From: Mobula hypostoma
Taxonomy: Eukaryota
NCBI RefSeq assembly: GCF_963921235.1
Contig: NC_086107.1
Span: forward strand, 105,340,001-105,404,000
Direction: 5' to 3'
Length of the DNA: 64,000 nucleotides
Position numbers and translations under genes: made by a program. Of this stretch, positions 38,546 to 49,150 are shown in pieces. The notes beneath the pieces were generated by a model. It was not told the origin of the DNA, searched no databases, and was given only the letters and a program-made list of their open reading frames with translations. Every line of letters starts with the position of its first letter. Positions within the stretch are counted from its first letter, which is position 1.

Positions 38546-40789
38546 TCCAATATTAACAATTCAAAATAAATGAAATTATGGATGTATATTAACCAAGTGT
38601 GCATTCATGCAAAACCTAATCTCCAGTCAGTGAATATTTAAATTGATATTCAAATGAAAAATGATACAAATGGAAATATGTAGGAGCATTAAAAACTTTC
38701 TTTTTCCAGGAAAAGTATTTAAATCTAGAGGGACTAGAAGGCTTAATTATAAACTTTATAGTTGGTCCAGTGTTGAAACAATTTAAAATAATGGGGTTTT
38801 TGTAAGTTAAAATCAAAACAAAGAACTTAACCTTAACGGTTAGAGAAACAGGAACTCTGCAGAACCTCTCGCGTTTATGATTTGCTGTTCCACTGCGAGG
38901 TCACCTCGAAGGATGCCTACCTGAAGAAGTTTAAATCTTCCCTTCCACTGGAGTTCAGTGAGACTCTCCCTCACTGCTCCCCTTCTGTGATCTCCGCTGG
39001 CCTCCGACTCTTAGACCTGCTACCACAGCCAATGTACCTTCCATCTTCCCCTCCCTCACCTGCTTATTCTGGCTACTTCCCTCTTCCTTTCCAGTACTGA
39101 TAAAGGGTCGTTTATTCCTCTCCATAGATGCTGCCCGACCTCCAGCAATTTTGTGTGCAGCGCTCTGGATTTCCAGCACCTGCAGAACCCCCTGTGTGAG
39201 AAATAAGGTTACTTCTTTTCCCACTTAAGAGAAGATTTCTGGAAGACACCCATACTGAGAAAGGAGTCGGGTGGGGTGGAGGAATGGAGAGCAGAGGATC
39301 TGTGTCATGTTCTGACTGAAAAATCCAGCAAGGTCAATAGCTGTCTTTTAATACAGCGTCTTTCTCCTGGGTTGAAGTGGGACTTGCCAGTACAAAGCAC
39401 ACTGTTTATTTCACAAGAGCAGATATTAACACATTATTTGCCTGCGGGTGACTGGTTAGGTTATAGAATTACCTTGTCAGCACACAGACACAGGTGTGTG
39501 CTTTAAGTCACCTGTTACTACATCCATTTACTGCCAGTCCTTTGTTCACTTTGTATCACTGGTGAACGTGTATGCCCCAGTGTTGAGAAAGTCTGCAAAC
39601 AGTTATTTATTTATTTAGTAACACCGGTCCACCGGGCTATGCTGTTCAGCAACCCACCTATTTAACCCTAGCCTGATCACAGAACAATTTACAAAGACCA
39701 GTTAATCTACTAACTGGTATGTCTTCGGACTGTGGGACGAAATTAGAGCACCCAGAGAAAACTCACGTGCACACGGGGAGAATGTACAAACTTTTTTCTT
39801 TAAACAGAGGACGCCGGAACCAATGCTCTGAGCTGTAATAGTGTCACGCTAACTGCTACCCTACCGTGGCACCCCAAAAAAAAAACACCGACTCTGGTAG
39901 AACATTGTCAGCTACTGGAAACTCATTGATTATTTCCAATGCCCTCTTGTAAACATCTGCGCTGGGAGCAACAAATGAATTTGTTTCACAGTGAATAGTG
40001 TCAGTATGTGAGGCCATCACTGGCTTTGGAGAACACAAGAAAATACGAGAAAATAGAGGCAAGAGTAGGCCACTTGGCCCATCAGTCCTGTCCTATCATT
40101 CAATAGGATCATGGCTTTATCTAAAACATGAGAAAGTCTGCAGATGTTGGAAATCCAAACCAACCCACACAAAATGGTGGAGAAACTCAGCAGGTCAGAC
40201 AGCACTTATAAACAGGCAACATTTCAGGCCGAGACCAGACCTTTCGTCCTCTTCCATGCCAGATCCCCACCGATAAATTTTCAAAAATATATCTACCTCC
40301 ACCTGAGTAGCACACACAAAATACTGGAGGAACTCAGCAGGCCAGGTGGCATCTACGGAAAAGAGTAAACAATCAACGTTTTGGGCCGAGAACTTCCTTC
40401 AGGAACCTCCACCTTAAATACTTCGAAATGACATATTCCCCTAGGGAAGAGAATTCCAGAGGTTCACCGCCCTTTACAAAAAGAAATTTTTACGCGTCTG
40501 TTTTAAATGGATAGGATCTGAACTTGCTGGGGATTCCCTAACTGGTGAAAATGTCCCAGTGACAATTCTGTCAGGATCCCTCAGGGTCTTATGTTTCAAT
40601 AACTCCCCCCGCCCCAAATTCTTCTAAATGCCAAATAATAGATTCAAGGTTGGTTTCTCTTGCCTAACCAGTTATCACTTTGAAGTGAGATGTACTCCCG
40701 CTTATTAACGGTTACTTTCTTCTGTATTATTCAAGGCCAGCCTCAGCCCCAGGAAATCACTCACTGTTAAACACTGTTTCCAATCCAAC

Positions 40790-41450
40790 ACACACACACG
40801 AGATGCTGGAGGAACTCAACAGGTCAGCCAGCATCTCCGGAGAGGAATCAACAGTTGACGTTTTGGGCCGAGACACTTCATCAGGGTTGGAAAGGAAAGT
40901 GAAGAAGCTAATATGAGAAGGTGGCGGGGGGGGGGGGTGATGGGGGGAGTACGAGCTGGCAGGTGATATGTGGGACCAGGTGAGGGGGAAGGTGGGTGGG
41001 TGGGGGAGGAGGTGACGGAGTAAGAAGCTGGGAGGTGATAGGTGGAGGAGGTACAGGGCTGAAGAAGAAGGAATCTGATTGGAGAGGAGAGTGGACCAAT
41101 GGGTGAAAGGGAAGGAGGAGGGGCATCAGTGTGAGGTGATGAGTAGGTGAGGAGAAGAGAAGGTGTGAGAGAGGATCCAGAAGAGGAACGGAAAAGATAT
41201 TACCAGAAGTTAGAGAAATTGATGGTTCATGCCACCAGGTTGGAGGCTACCCAGATGGAGTGTGAAATGTTATTCCTCCAAACCAAGAGTGGTCTCATCA
41301 TGGCCGTAGATGAGGCGTGTTGGAATGGGAATGGGGAGTAGAATTCAAATGAGGGAGCCATTGGGAAACCCCACTTTTTGTAGTGGATGGAGTGAAGGTG
41401 CTTGACAAAGTGGTCTCTCACTCTACATCAGGTCTCATTGATGCAGAGAC
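40790..41450 (-). mobile_element. Penelope-like element 3' part
   Basis: Same architecture as 5790-6727; hammerhead-like motif at 40853-40889. Confidence 0.7.
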
Positions 41451-43097
41451 TCTGGGTTGAAAGTGAACCGTGTGGGAAAGCGTTGTCAGCAAATTAGGAC
41501 CAACAACCCCTGGTCAAAAAAGTCACAGCCAGTAAGACCATGAAACAAAAGCATAGCTCATGTACAGCGTGATGCACACAAAATGCTGGAGGACCTCAGA
41601 AGGTCAGGCAGCATCCATGGAGAGGAACAAAGAGCTGATGAAGGGTCTCAGCCCAAAACATTGACTTTTCATTCCTCTCCAGAGATTCTCCCTGGCCTGC
41701 TGAGTCCCTCCACCATTTTGTGCGTGTTACTCTGGACTTCCAGCATCTGCAGAATCTTTTGTGTACTCGATTTGGTTCCTGTATCAGCTTTGCTTTTCAA
41801 TGACAACCCTGTTAGACTCCTGTAGTTTTAAACACTCCAGCCAAAAGGGTTTTCACCCCCACAGCTGCTGCCTGACCCGCTGAGTTCTTCCGGCATTTTC
41901 TGTTTTCATTTCCATTTTGATTTTTCACAGCAAACAAGATTCCTGCATCAAACCAGTGAAGCGTCACAAATAACTATATGCTTCATTAAGACTATTTCTT
42001 CTTATCCCTAAGGAGTTTTGGCCCAGTCTCAACTTACCTCTCAATTTGTGATACAGAATGGTTCATCTAACCTTGTCCCTGTACCAAGTTGCTTGCACGG
42101 CAATTCTGGATTCAATACCAAATTCCACAACCTATTCCCCCCAGGACAAAGACACTGCTAAATCTACTTACATTGTCTTTGCATGGCCCTTAATCAACCC
42201 CTCCCACTTTATGCTATTATTATGTTGTCTCTGCCTTCTTCTCCATCTTTGCAACTTGTTCATCTCCGCACTGTTTCCCTGCTCCGATGGTGGGGAGGGG
42301 TGGTGGTGTAGTACAAGGGGGGGAGGGTTGACGGTTTTACTGCTGCTTGTGCATTAAAGGAGGGAGGGGCTGCTTTTGGGTTCTAACATCTCCTGTCATT
42401 TATTCTTTGTTTTTTTCCCCCCTGTTTCGTGGATGTCTGTGAAGAATAAGAATTTCAGGTTGTATACATTCTCTGATATTAAATTGAACCATTGAAAGTC
42501 ACTCCCCTGCAACAGTAACTCTGTTTCCCTCTCTGTAAATGCTGAGGAGTTCCAGGCCTTAATTTAATTCCAGGGAGCACAACTGCAGCCTGATGCAGCC
42601 ACCAGAGCTGCTGCCTCACATCTGTGGTGACCCGAGTTCAACCCTGACCCCCGGCCCTGTCTGTGTGGAGCCTGCACGTTCTCCCTGCGACTGAGCAGGT
42701 TCACTTGCCCCTCCCGAGTGCTCTGGTTTCCTCCCACATCCCAAAGGAGGTTAAACACTTTCTGTAAGTTGCCCCTAGTGTAGAGGCGAGTGGTAGATCT
42801 TTGGCTGCTCGTGCATGTTAGTAGATCTTTGGTTGCCAATGCATTTTAACAGATCTTTGGGAACCACACACAAAATGCTGGACGAATTCAATAGGTCAGG
42901 CAGCATCAACGGAGAGGAGTGAAGAGTCAACACTTTGGGCTGAGACGCCTCACTGGGACATCCTTGGTAATGCAAATGACACATTTCTCCGTATATTTCG
43001 ACGTCCATGTGATTAATAAACTAGACACTCAACAATTCAGGAACAGCTTCTTCCCCTCTGCCATCCGATTTCTCAATAGACATTGAACCCATGCGCA

Positions 43098-43701
43098 TGT
43101 AACTGAGTCTTGGTTACACTGCCTGCTGAGGTGTCTAAAATGGCTTCTTTGTATGTTATATAAAATGGCTTTTCTGTAATAATAACTGCGATGTAAGGAG
43201 TTCTCTCTCTCCCTGCTTGTTTCGGTTACATTATTGATAAGGGGAAGAACGAGTATCCATGTTATTCTTTTTGTGGGTGATATTCGGTCTCATATGCCTG
43301 GGGGACAGTATGGTTTGGCGAGTTTTTCGGGCGGAGAAGACGGAGGAAGGTCGCATTCGGAGGTGCTCTGGTCACCCACCCAAGGAGTGGTCCTGTGTGG
43401 GTCGTCGGAGGCTGAGGACGGAGGGTCGAGGTTCTGCGGGATATTGAGCTTCAACGAAACCTTAAGTGCACTGACTTTTAAAACTCTATTCGAACTTTGG
43501 TGCCTTTCTTTGTTTTATTCTTTTAGAGTGTATTCTTTGTTAACTGATATTTGCAGTAAGATTTATAAAGTGTATGTATTTAACTGCTTATGGTGTTCCG
43601 TCTGATCTGTGACGCAGCCTCCACATAAACTGCCTTACGTAGTTGGCTGGTTGCGGGGTTTCCCTAGACACTGAGGAGCAGGGTTTGTCTATAGCCTTAC
43701 A
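43098..43701 (+). mobile_element. Solo LTR inserted in an older LINE tail
   Basis: TGTAAC...CTTACA termini; flanks CGCA / CACA (4-bp TSD with one transition); the host repeat resumes after the insertion. Confidence 0.75.
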
Positions 43702-43796
43702 CACATTACCTCACTACTTCTTTATTTCCTAATTTTTTGCACCACTTACTTAATTAAACTATTCACTGTAATTCACAGTTTTCTTTTTTTCTCTCT

Positions 43797-44110
43797 GAGT
43801 GGGCACGTGGCCAAGTGGTTAAGGCATTCGACTGGCGATCTGAAGGTCGTGAGTTCGAGCCCCAGCCGAGGCAGCGTGTTGTGTCCTTGAGCAAGGCACT
43901 TAATCACACATTGCTCTGCGACGACACTGGTGCCAAGCTGTATGGGTCCTAATGCCCTTCCCTTGGACAACATTGGTGTCGTGGAGAGGGGAGACGTGCA
44001 GCATGGGCAACTGCTGGTCTTCCATACAACCTTGCCCAGGCCTGCGCTCTGGGGAGTGAAGACTTTCCAGGCGCAGATCCATGGTCTCGCAAGACTAACG
44101 GATGCCTTTT
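43797..44110 (+). mobile_element. tRNA-derived SINE
   Basis: A box TGGCCAAGTGG, B box GAGTTCGAGCC, ~230-bp body and T-rich tail. Confidence 0.88.
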
Positions 44111-44432
44111 TCTTTTTGTTTTCTCTCTATTATCATGTATTGCTATGTACTGCTGCAGCCAAGTTAACAAATTTCACAGCTTATGCCGATGATATTAAAC
44201 CTGATTCTAATTCTGAATCTGAAACTGAATCTGGAGAAAGTGGATGGGAATGTGGAGTGAATAAAGTGCAATTCATGTAAATAATAACATAGACTCACTG
44301 GGCCGAAGGGTCGGTTGTTTTACTCTACTTGAGAAGATCTTTTTGGCCAAATCCCAGTTCAGAGTTATAAGCCAAGATCTTCTATCCTGGAAATATTCAC
44401 AGCTAATCATCTCACAAGAACCCCTCACTCAC

Positions 44433-45406
44433 CTCTGTTTGACTCCTCGTACGTGAACACTTGATTGTCTACGCCACCCATCATTCCACCGTGTGGATTC
44501 TGAGGCACGGCCTCCACGGGTCCATCCTCGAGCTTGGCCGGGCAGGTGATGTGCCAGAGCTGGGGGATGATGTAGAACAGGAGGAAGACCCAGCCATTGG
44601 CGACCAGCGCGATGCTGAGCGTCGGGTCGTCCCACAGGGGGCTCTTGCCCAGTGCGGCGTTCCCGCGCACCAGCATGACTATCCACACCACCCAGATCGC
44701 AATGGAGAGCAGCATGGTAACAAAGACGTGCGCGCCATATTTCTTCCACTTCTGGTAGCGGCCGCAGAAGGTGAACATGGACAGGATGAAAGTCAGGGCC
44801 ATCAGGAACATGACGTAGATGAGCAACATGGTGAAGTCAGTGCTGGTGTAGGAACAGTTTTCTTTCATTCGGTGGGTTAGCAGCACCAGATACTCTATGT
44901 CGATGATGACTTGGACCAGCGTGAGGCACAGGACCACGGTGAGCATGCAGCACCCAGACGGACCGTTTCCTGACCGCACCAGCTTCAGCACTCTCCAAAC
45001 CTGGGCCAGCAAGCAGGAGAAGCAGATGGCAAAGAGCACGCCCCAGAGGAAGATCCTGGTGGGACACGTCCTCTGATCGAGCTTGGTGATGAAAGCGAAG
45101 GTTAAGCCAAAGATCCCCATGGTGCCGAGCAGGAAGACGCAGTGGACGGGAACGGAAGCCTTCTTCCTGCTGTCGACAATGAAAGGGGTGATGCCCAGGA
45201 GCACCATGACCAGCACCAGGCTGGTGACGATCCCCAGAGCGGCAAAGGCTTCCAGGACGATCCCCCACACCGCATCCAGGTCACACAGGTTGAAGTATAC
45301 GCTTAGAAGGTTGGGACCACAGCCTCTTGGAGGAGAGCTCTGAGCAGATCCATAACCAAACACGGACAACAGGAAGGGCAGTGCTGCGATTATCTTCCAG
45401 TTCACC
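44433..45406 (-). CDS. GPRC5A: GPRC5A/D-like 7TM receptor, large coding exon 2 (signal peptide, short ectodomain, all 7 TM helices)
   Basis: Acceptor tttctcctttcag|G and donor AGAG|gtgagt; 974 nt. GPRC5 motifs: GCG..NLCD..WGIVLE, GIFGLTFAFI, FAICFSCLLA, MALTF..TFCG, LSIAIWVVW, WDDPTL.IAL.ANGWVFLL, VDNQVF. Family assignment is firm; the paralog (A vs D vs B/C) is less certain. Confidence 0.95.
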
Positions 45407-45464
45407 CTGAAAGGAGAAATTGAAAAACATAACCAACAATTTAAAGTGTACCTTCTCCATAATA

Positions 45465-45912
45465 AGACCACAGGGAATGCTGTAGGAGTGGAATCATTTG
45501 GTCTTTCATCTCTGCCCTGATACTTCATCATGGCTGATTTATTATCCCTCCCATTCTCCTGCCTTCTCCCCATAACCTTTGATGTCCTTACTAATAAAGA
45601 ACCTATCAACCTTGGCTTTAAGTACACCCAATGACTTGGCCTCCGTAGCCATCTGCGACAATGCATTCCACAAATTCACCACCCTCTGGCTGAAGAAACT
45701 CCTTCTCATTCCTGTTCTAAAGGCACACCTTTGTAATCTGAAGCTGTGCTCTCTGGTCCTAGACTCCCCCACTATAGGAAACATCCTCTCCACATCCACT
45801 CTATCTAGGCCTTTCGATATTCAATAGGATTTAATGAGGTCCTTTCTTATTTTTCTAAACTCCAGTGAGCACAGGCCCACAGCCAACAAACTCTCATCCT
45901 ACATTAACCCTC
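45465..45912 (-). mobile_element. CR1 3' fragment immediately upstream of the exon 2 acceptor
   Basis: DVERMFPIVGESRTREHS..FFSQRVVNLWNAL. Confidence 0.88.
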
Positions 45913-46141
45913 AACTTTAGAACATAGAACATTACAGGCCTTTCAGCCCACGATGTTGTACTGCTCTCCATCAAGGTAGATCAACCATGTGTCTATCTAA
46001 GAGTTTCTTAAATGCCCCTAATGTATCTGCCTCTACCACCACCCCTGGCAAAGTAATTCACACACACCCACCCTCCATATAAAGAATCTGCATCTGACAT
46101 CCCCCCCCCCCATACCTTCCTCCAATCACCTTAAAAGTATG

Positions 46142-46324
46142 ACTCACAACACGCTGGAGGAACTCAGCAGGTCCGGCAGCATCAGCGGAAAAGATCGATC
46201 GACGAAGGGTTCCAGCCCAAAACGTCGATCGATCTTTTCCACTGATGCTGCCCGACCTGCTGAGTTCGTCCAGCATATTGTGAGTGTTGCTTTGACCCCA
46301 GCATCGGCAGATTATTTTGTGTTT
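46142..46324. mobile_element. Fold-back Penelope-derived short insertion with 14-bp TSD
   Basis: ACCTTAAAAGTATG at 46128-46141 and 46325-46338; ~58-bp inverted arms. Confidence 0.8.
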
Positions 46325-47825
46325 ACCTTAAAAGTATGCCTTCTTGTATAAGCCATTCCCGTCCTGGGCAAAAGTCTCTGTCTATCCACTCTATAAATGT
46401 TCCTTATCATCTCGTGCATCTCCATCAAGTCACCTTTCATCCTCCTTCACTCCAAAGAGAAAAGCCCCAGCTCGCTAACTTATCTTCATCATGCTAATAC
46501 AGGCAGCATCCTGGTAAATCTCCTCTGCATCCTTCTACACCCTTCCTATAATGAGGTGACCAGAACTGAACACAATGTTCCAAGTGTGGTCTAACCAGGG
46601 TTTTAGAGCTGCAATGTTACCTTGTGGCTTTTCTACTCAATTCCACCCCCCTCCCGGACGAATGAAGGCTGACACAACTGTACGCCTTCTTAACCACACT
46701 ATCAACTTGTAAATTCATATCTCAATTCCAGGAGAAACTGGCTGTAAGCTGCATTAAATGTCTGTTGCCTCTTACAACATGTTTAAGGTAAACATGATTC
46801 ACCTTGACTCAGAGTTTTGGTTGGGATAGTCTCCTGAGGGTGTGGATTCGCATGGCTGACAATGTCATTTGGCTGAGATTTTAACAGTGCACGCCAGACT
46901 TCGGCATTAACCTCCGCCGCTCGCAGAAATCCAAATCTGCGATTAAATGGAGTGAGTCTCGACGCCTTGTCTTTGCCCTGTTTGCTGCACAGCTAGTTCA
47001 TGGTCACAGGTTGGTTGTTAAGTGGGGACTCAGCAAAGGTGGGCACTCGGGGGGGGCAACACACAGGACTGGGTGAGGCAAGTGGCATCTCTGTCCCTGG
47101 AGGGAAGGGACATTTGTTCCCTACGTATCACAGAGACATGAGACAAACTATAACACAGAACCTCTGTGGTCCCCTGATAGTTGGTATCAGCTGTGACCTA
47201 CTGACAAGGCAAAAACAAACCCTGTCATGCAAATCTAGGAAACCAAACAGCAGCAGTGAAACAGGCGCAGAGATCAACCCCTCCACCCAGTAGCAGTGTT
47301 GGTGATCTACTGACTACCACCAAGAAGGATCCAGTTAACATAGAGGGCAGGGGAAAAGATCTACTGATCAAGGGGGCACTGGCAGCACCGTTCGACACAC
47401 GAGTCACAAAATCTATTGAACAGATGGGTGGGGGGGTTGGTGGGAAGGGGCAAGTTTGTGGCTGGCAGACAAGAATCTATTCAACAAGTGGATCACTTGC
47501 AAAGATACCACCGATGGAGAAGGCGCGGGAAGGATGTTCTGATCCTGGTAGATCACTAGCAAAGATCTATTGAACAATGGCTAGGATCTGGTCAACAAGA
47601 GGGCTGTCTGTGTGTATGTGGGTGGATGGGTGGATGGGAGGGAGGAAAGGGGCTCGCTTTCTCGAATTGTTCTGCTCGTTATATTTTGTTTTGTCGTGTC
47701 CCGTGTTGTTCGGCGGGAGTACTGCGGGCGTGCTACGTTGGCGCCCCGCAAAATGCGGCTGCCCCCGGCACATCCCTAAACGGTTGCTAACAAAGGTCGC
47801 ATTTTACTGAATGTTTCGACATACA

Positions 47826-48058
47826 CGGTAGCGTCGCGGCTAGCACAGCGTTTTACAGCGCCAGGGGCCCGGGTTCAAATCCTGCCGCTGCCTGTAAGGG
47901 GTTCGTACGTTCTCCCCGTGACTGCGCGTGGGTTTCCTCCGGGTGCTGCGGTTTCCTCCCACAGCCCAAAGACCTACCGGTTGGTAGGTTAATTGATCAT
48001 CGTAAACTTCCCCGTGATTGGGCTAGGGGTTGCTGGGCCAGAAGGGCTGTATCTCAAA
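47826..48058 (+). mobile_element. tRNA-derived SINE with V/HE1-like core; many further copies in the window
   Basis: B box GGTTCAAATCC followed by gttctccccgtgactgcg..gggtttcctccgggtgc..ggtttcctcccaca. Confidence 0.75.
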
Positions 48059-48229
48059 AATCAACAGACGTGATAAGTAAATCTTAATCTAAAGTGCATC
48101 ACTTTCAACGATCCGATCAGCATGTGTGGAAACGATCTACTGGAACCGTGGCGGGGGGGGGGGGGGGACGGGGACAGGATCTAGTCAACAAGTCGATCAT
48201 CGGCAAGGATCTACTGAACAAAACCGGAG

Positions 48230-49150
48230 TGACTTCCCTCGGAGGGGACGGCATCACAAATAGATAGCTCCCAGCCCCGGCGTCCATTGCCCGTCTCGTC
48301 CTCGCCACCCCTCAAAGCCAAGGGTCGGGGGACGCGCGAACCCGTCGGCGGACACTTCGGCTTCACAATCCCGGTCTGAGGGAGGAAGGCAAGCGGACCC
48401 TACTCTAGCTCCCTCCGGGTTAAAAAAAAATAAACTCAGGAGGGAACCGTGATTTCACGCCTCAAAGTAGAAATGAAGAGAAAGGAAAGATTTAAAATGT
48501 CCCTGAACCCAACTCCTTACGGGCCAGATTTCCACCGGGGGGGGGGTCTGAAGGTGGTGCCCTACCTTGGTGTTGCTGTTCGCGATGCCCCCGCCATCTC
48601 GCTCTCTGTTTTATGTCGGAGCTGCCTCCCTGGTCTCCTTTTATCGCCTGCTGTGTTCAGGTGTGCCCAGGTGTGTCAGCACCTGCGTCAGTTCACTCTC
48701 CCAGCCTGACGTTGCTGGGGCGAATACCTGCCGACGTTTTGTCTTACCTGTTTCCCCGCTGCCTGGAAATTCGAGTTCCTACCGCCAGGCGCGTTTTGCC
48801 GTCGCCCCGCAGAGTTGCATTTCCTTAGCGCCTGCCAAACTCCCCAGTGCGATTTCCAGACAATGAAACCGGCTCTAAATTGCAGACCTGGCACTAGTCC
48901 GGTTTGTGGTCCAGTACTACGGTCGCAATAAAGCCGGGGTAGACCATCCGGCCCCTCCAGCTTGTACATTGGAAATTGAAGCCCCTCCTGCCTGGACTGT
49001 CACTCAGTCGGGTCTTTCACCTCTCCATCACTTTCCCCCATTAATCTCGAATCTCGAGATTCTCGTAATACGGAATGAAGTTTCAATTTGGGTCTTGGAC
49101 GTACACGGGGGACTGAACCAGAATGCTCCGGTAGGAAATTCCGAAGATTT
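48230..49150 (-). promoter_or_regulatory. CpG-rich promoter / first-exon region of the GPRC5 gene
   Basis: Locally high CpG density in non-repeat DNA. TATA-like GATAAAAG at 48645-48638, TGACGCA at 48690-48684, multiple CAGGTG/CAGGTA boxes, and GGAAATTCC at 49134-49142. Confidence 0.7.
48566..48597 (-). CDS. GPRC5A: GPRC5A/D-like receptor, coding exon 1 (MAGASRTATP + phase 2)
   Basis: Minus strand reads gcgagATGG (good Kozak) ...CCAAG|gtaggg. The 32 nt end in phase 2, and AG+G completes Arg in frame with exon 2. It lies inside the CpG-rich promoter region. Confidence 0.7.

Noticed and set aside
38900..38925. Alternative terminal exon for GPRC5 (G-RHPSR*)
   Set aside because: The polypyrimidine tract is weak and there is no homology; exons 3-4 give a far better family match.
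43797..43875. tRNA gene
   Set aside because: The A/B boxes continue into a SINE body shared with 10104-10413, and there is no complete cloverleaf.
45407..45666. N-terminal 86 codons of the 413-aa ORF as part of the receptor
   Set aside because: This is intronic CR1-derived sequence upstream of a clear splice acceptor at 45407. The ORF's stop at 44425 is likewise read-through past the donor.
47300..48222. CRISPR-like repeat-spacer array
   Set aside because: The repeats are ~12 bp, degenerate and irregularly spaced; the context is a vertebrate intron with no cas genes.
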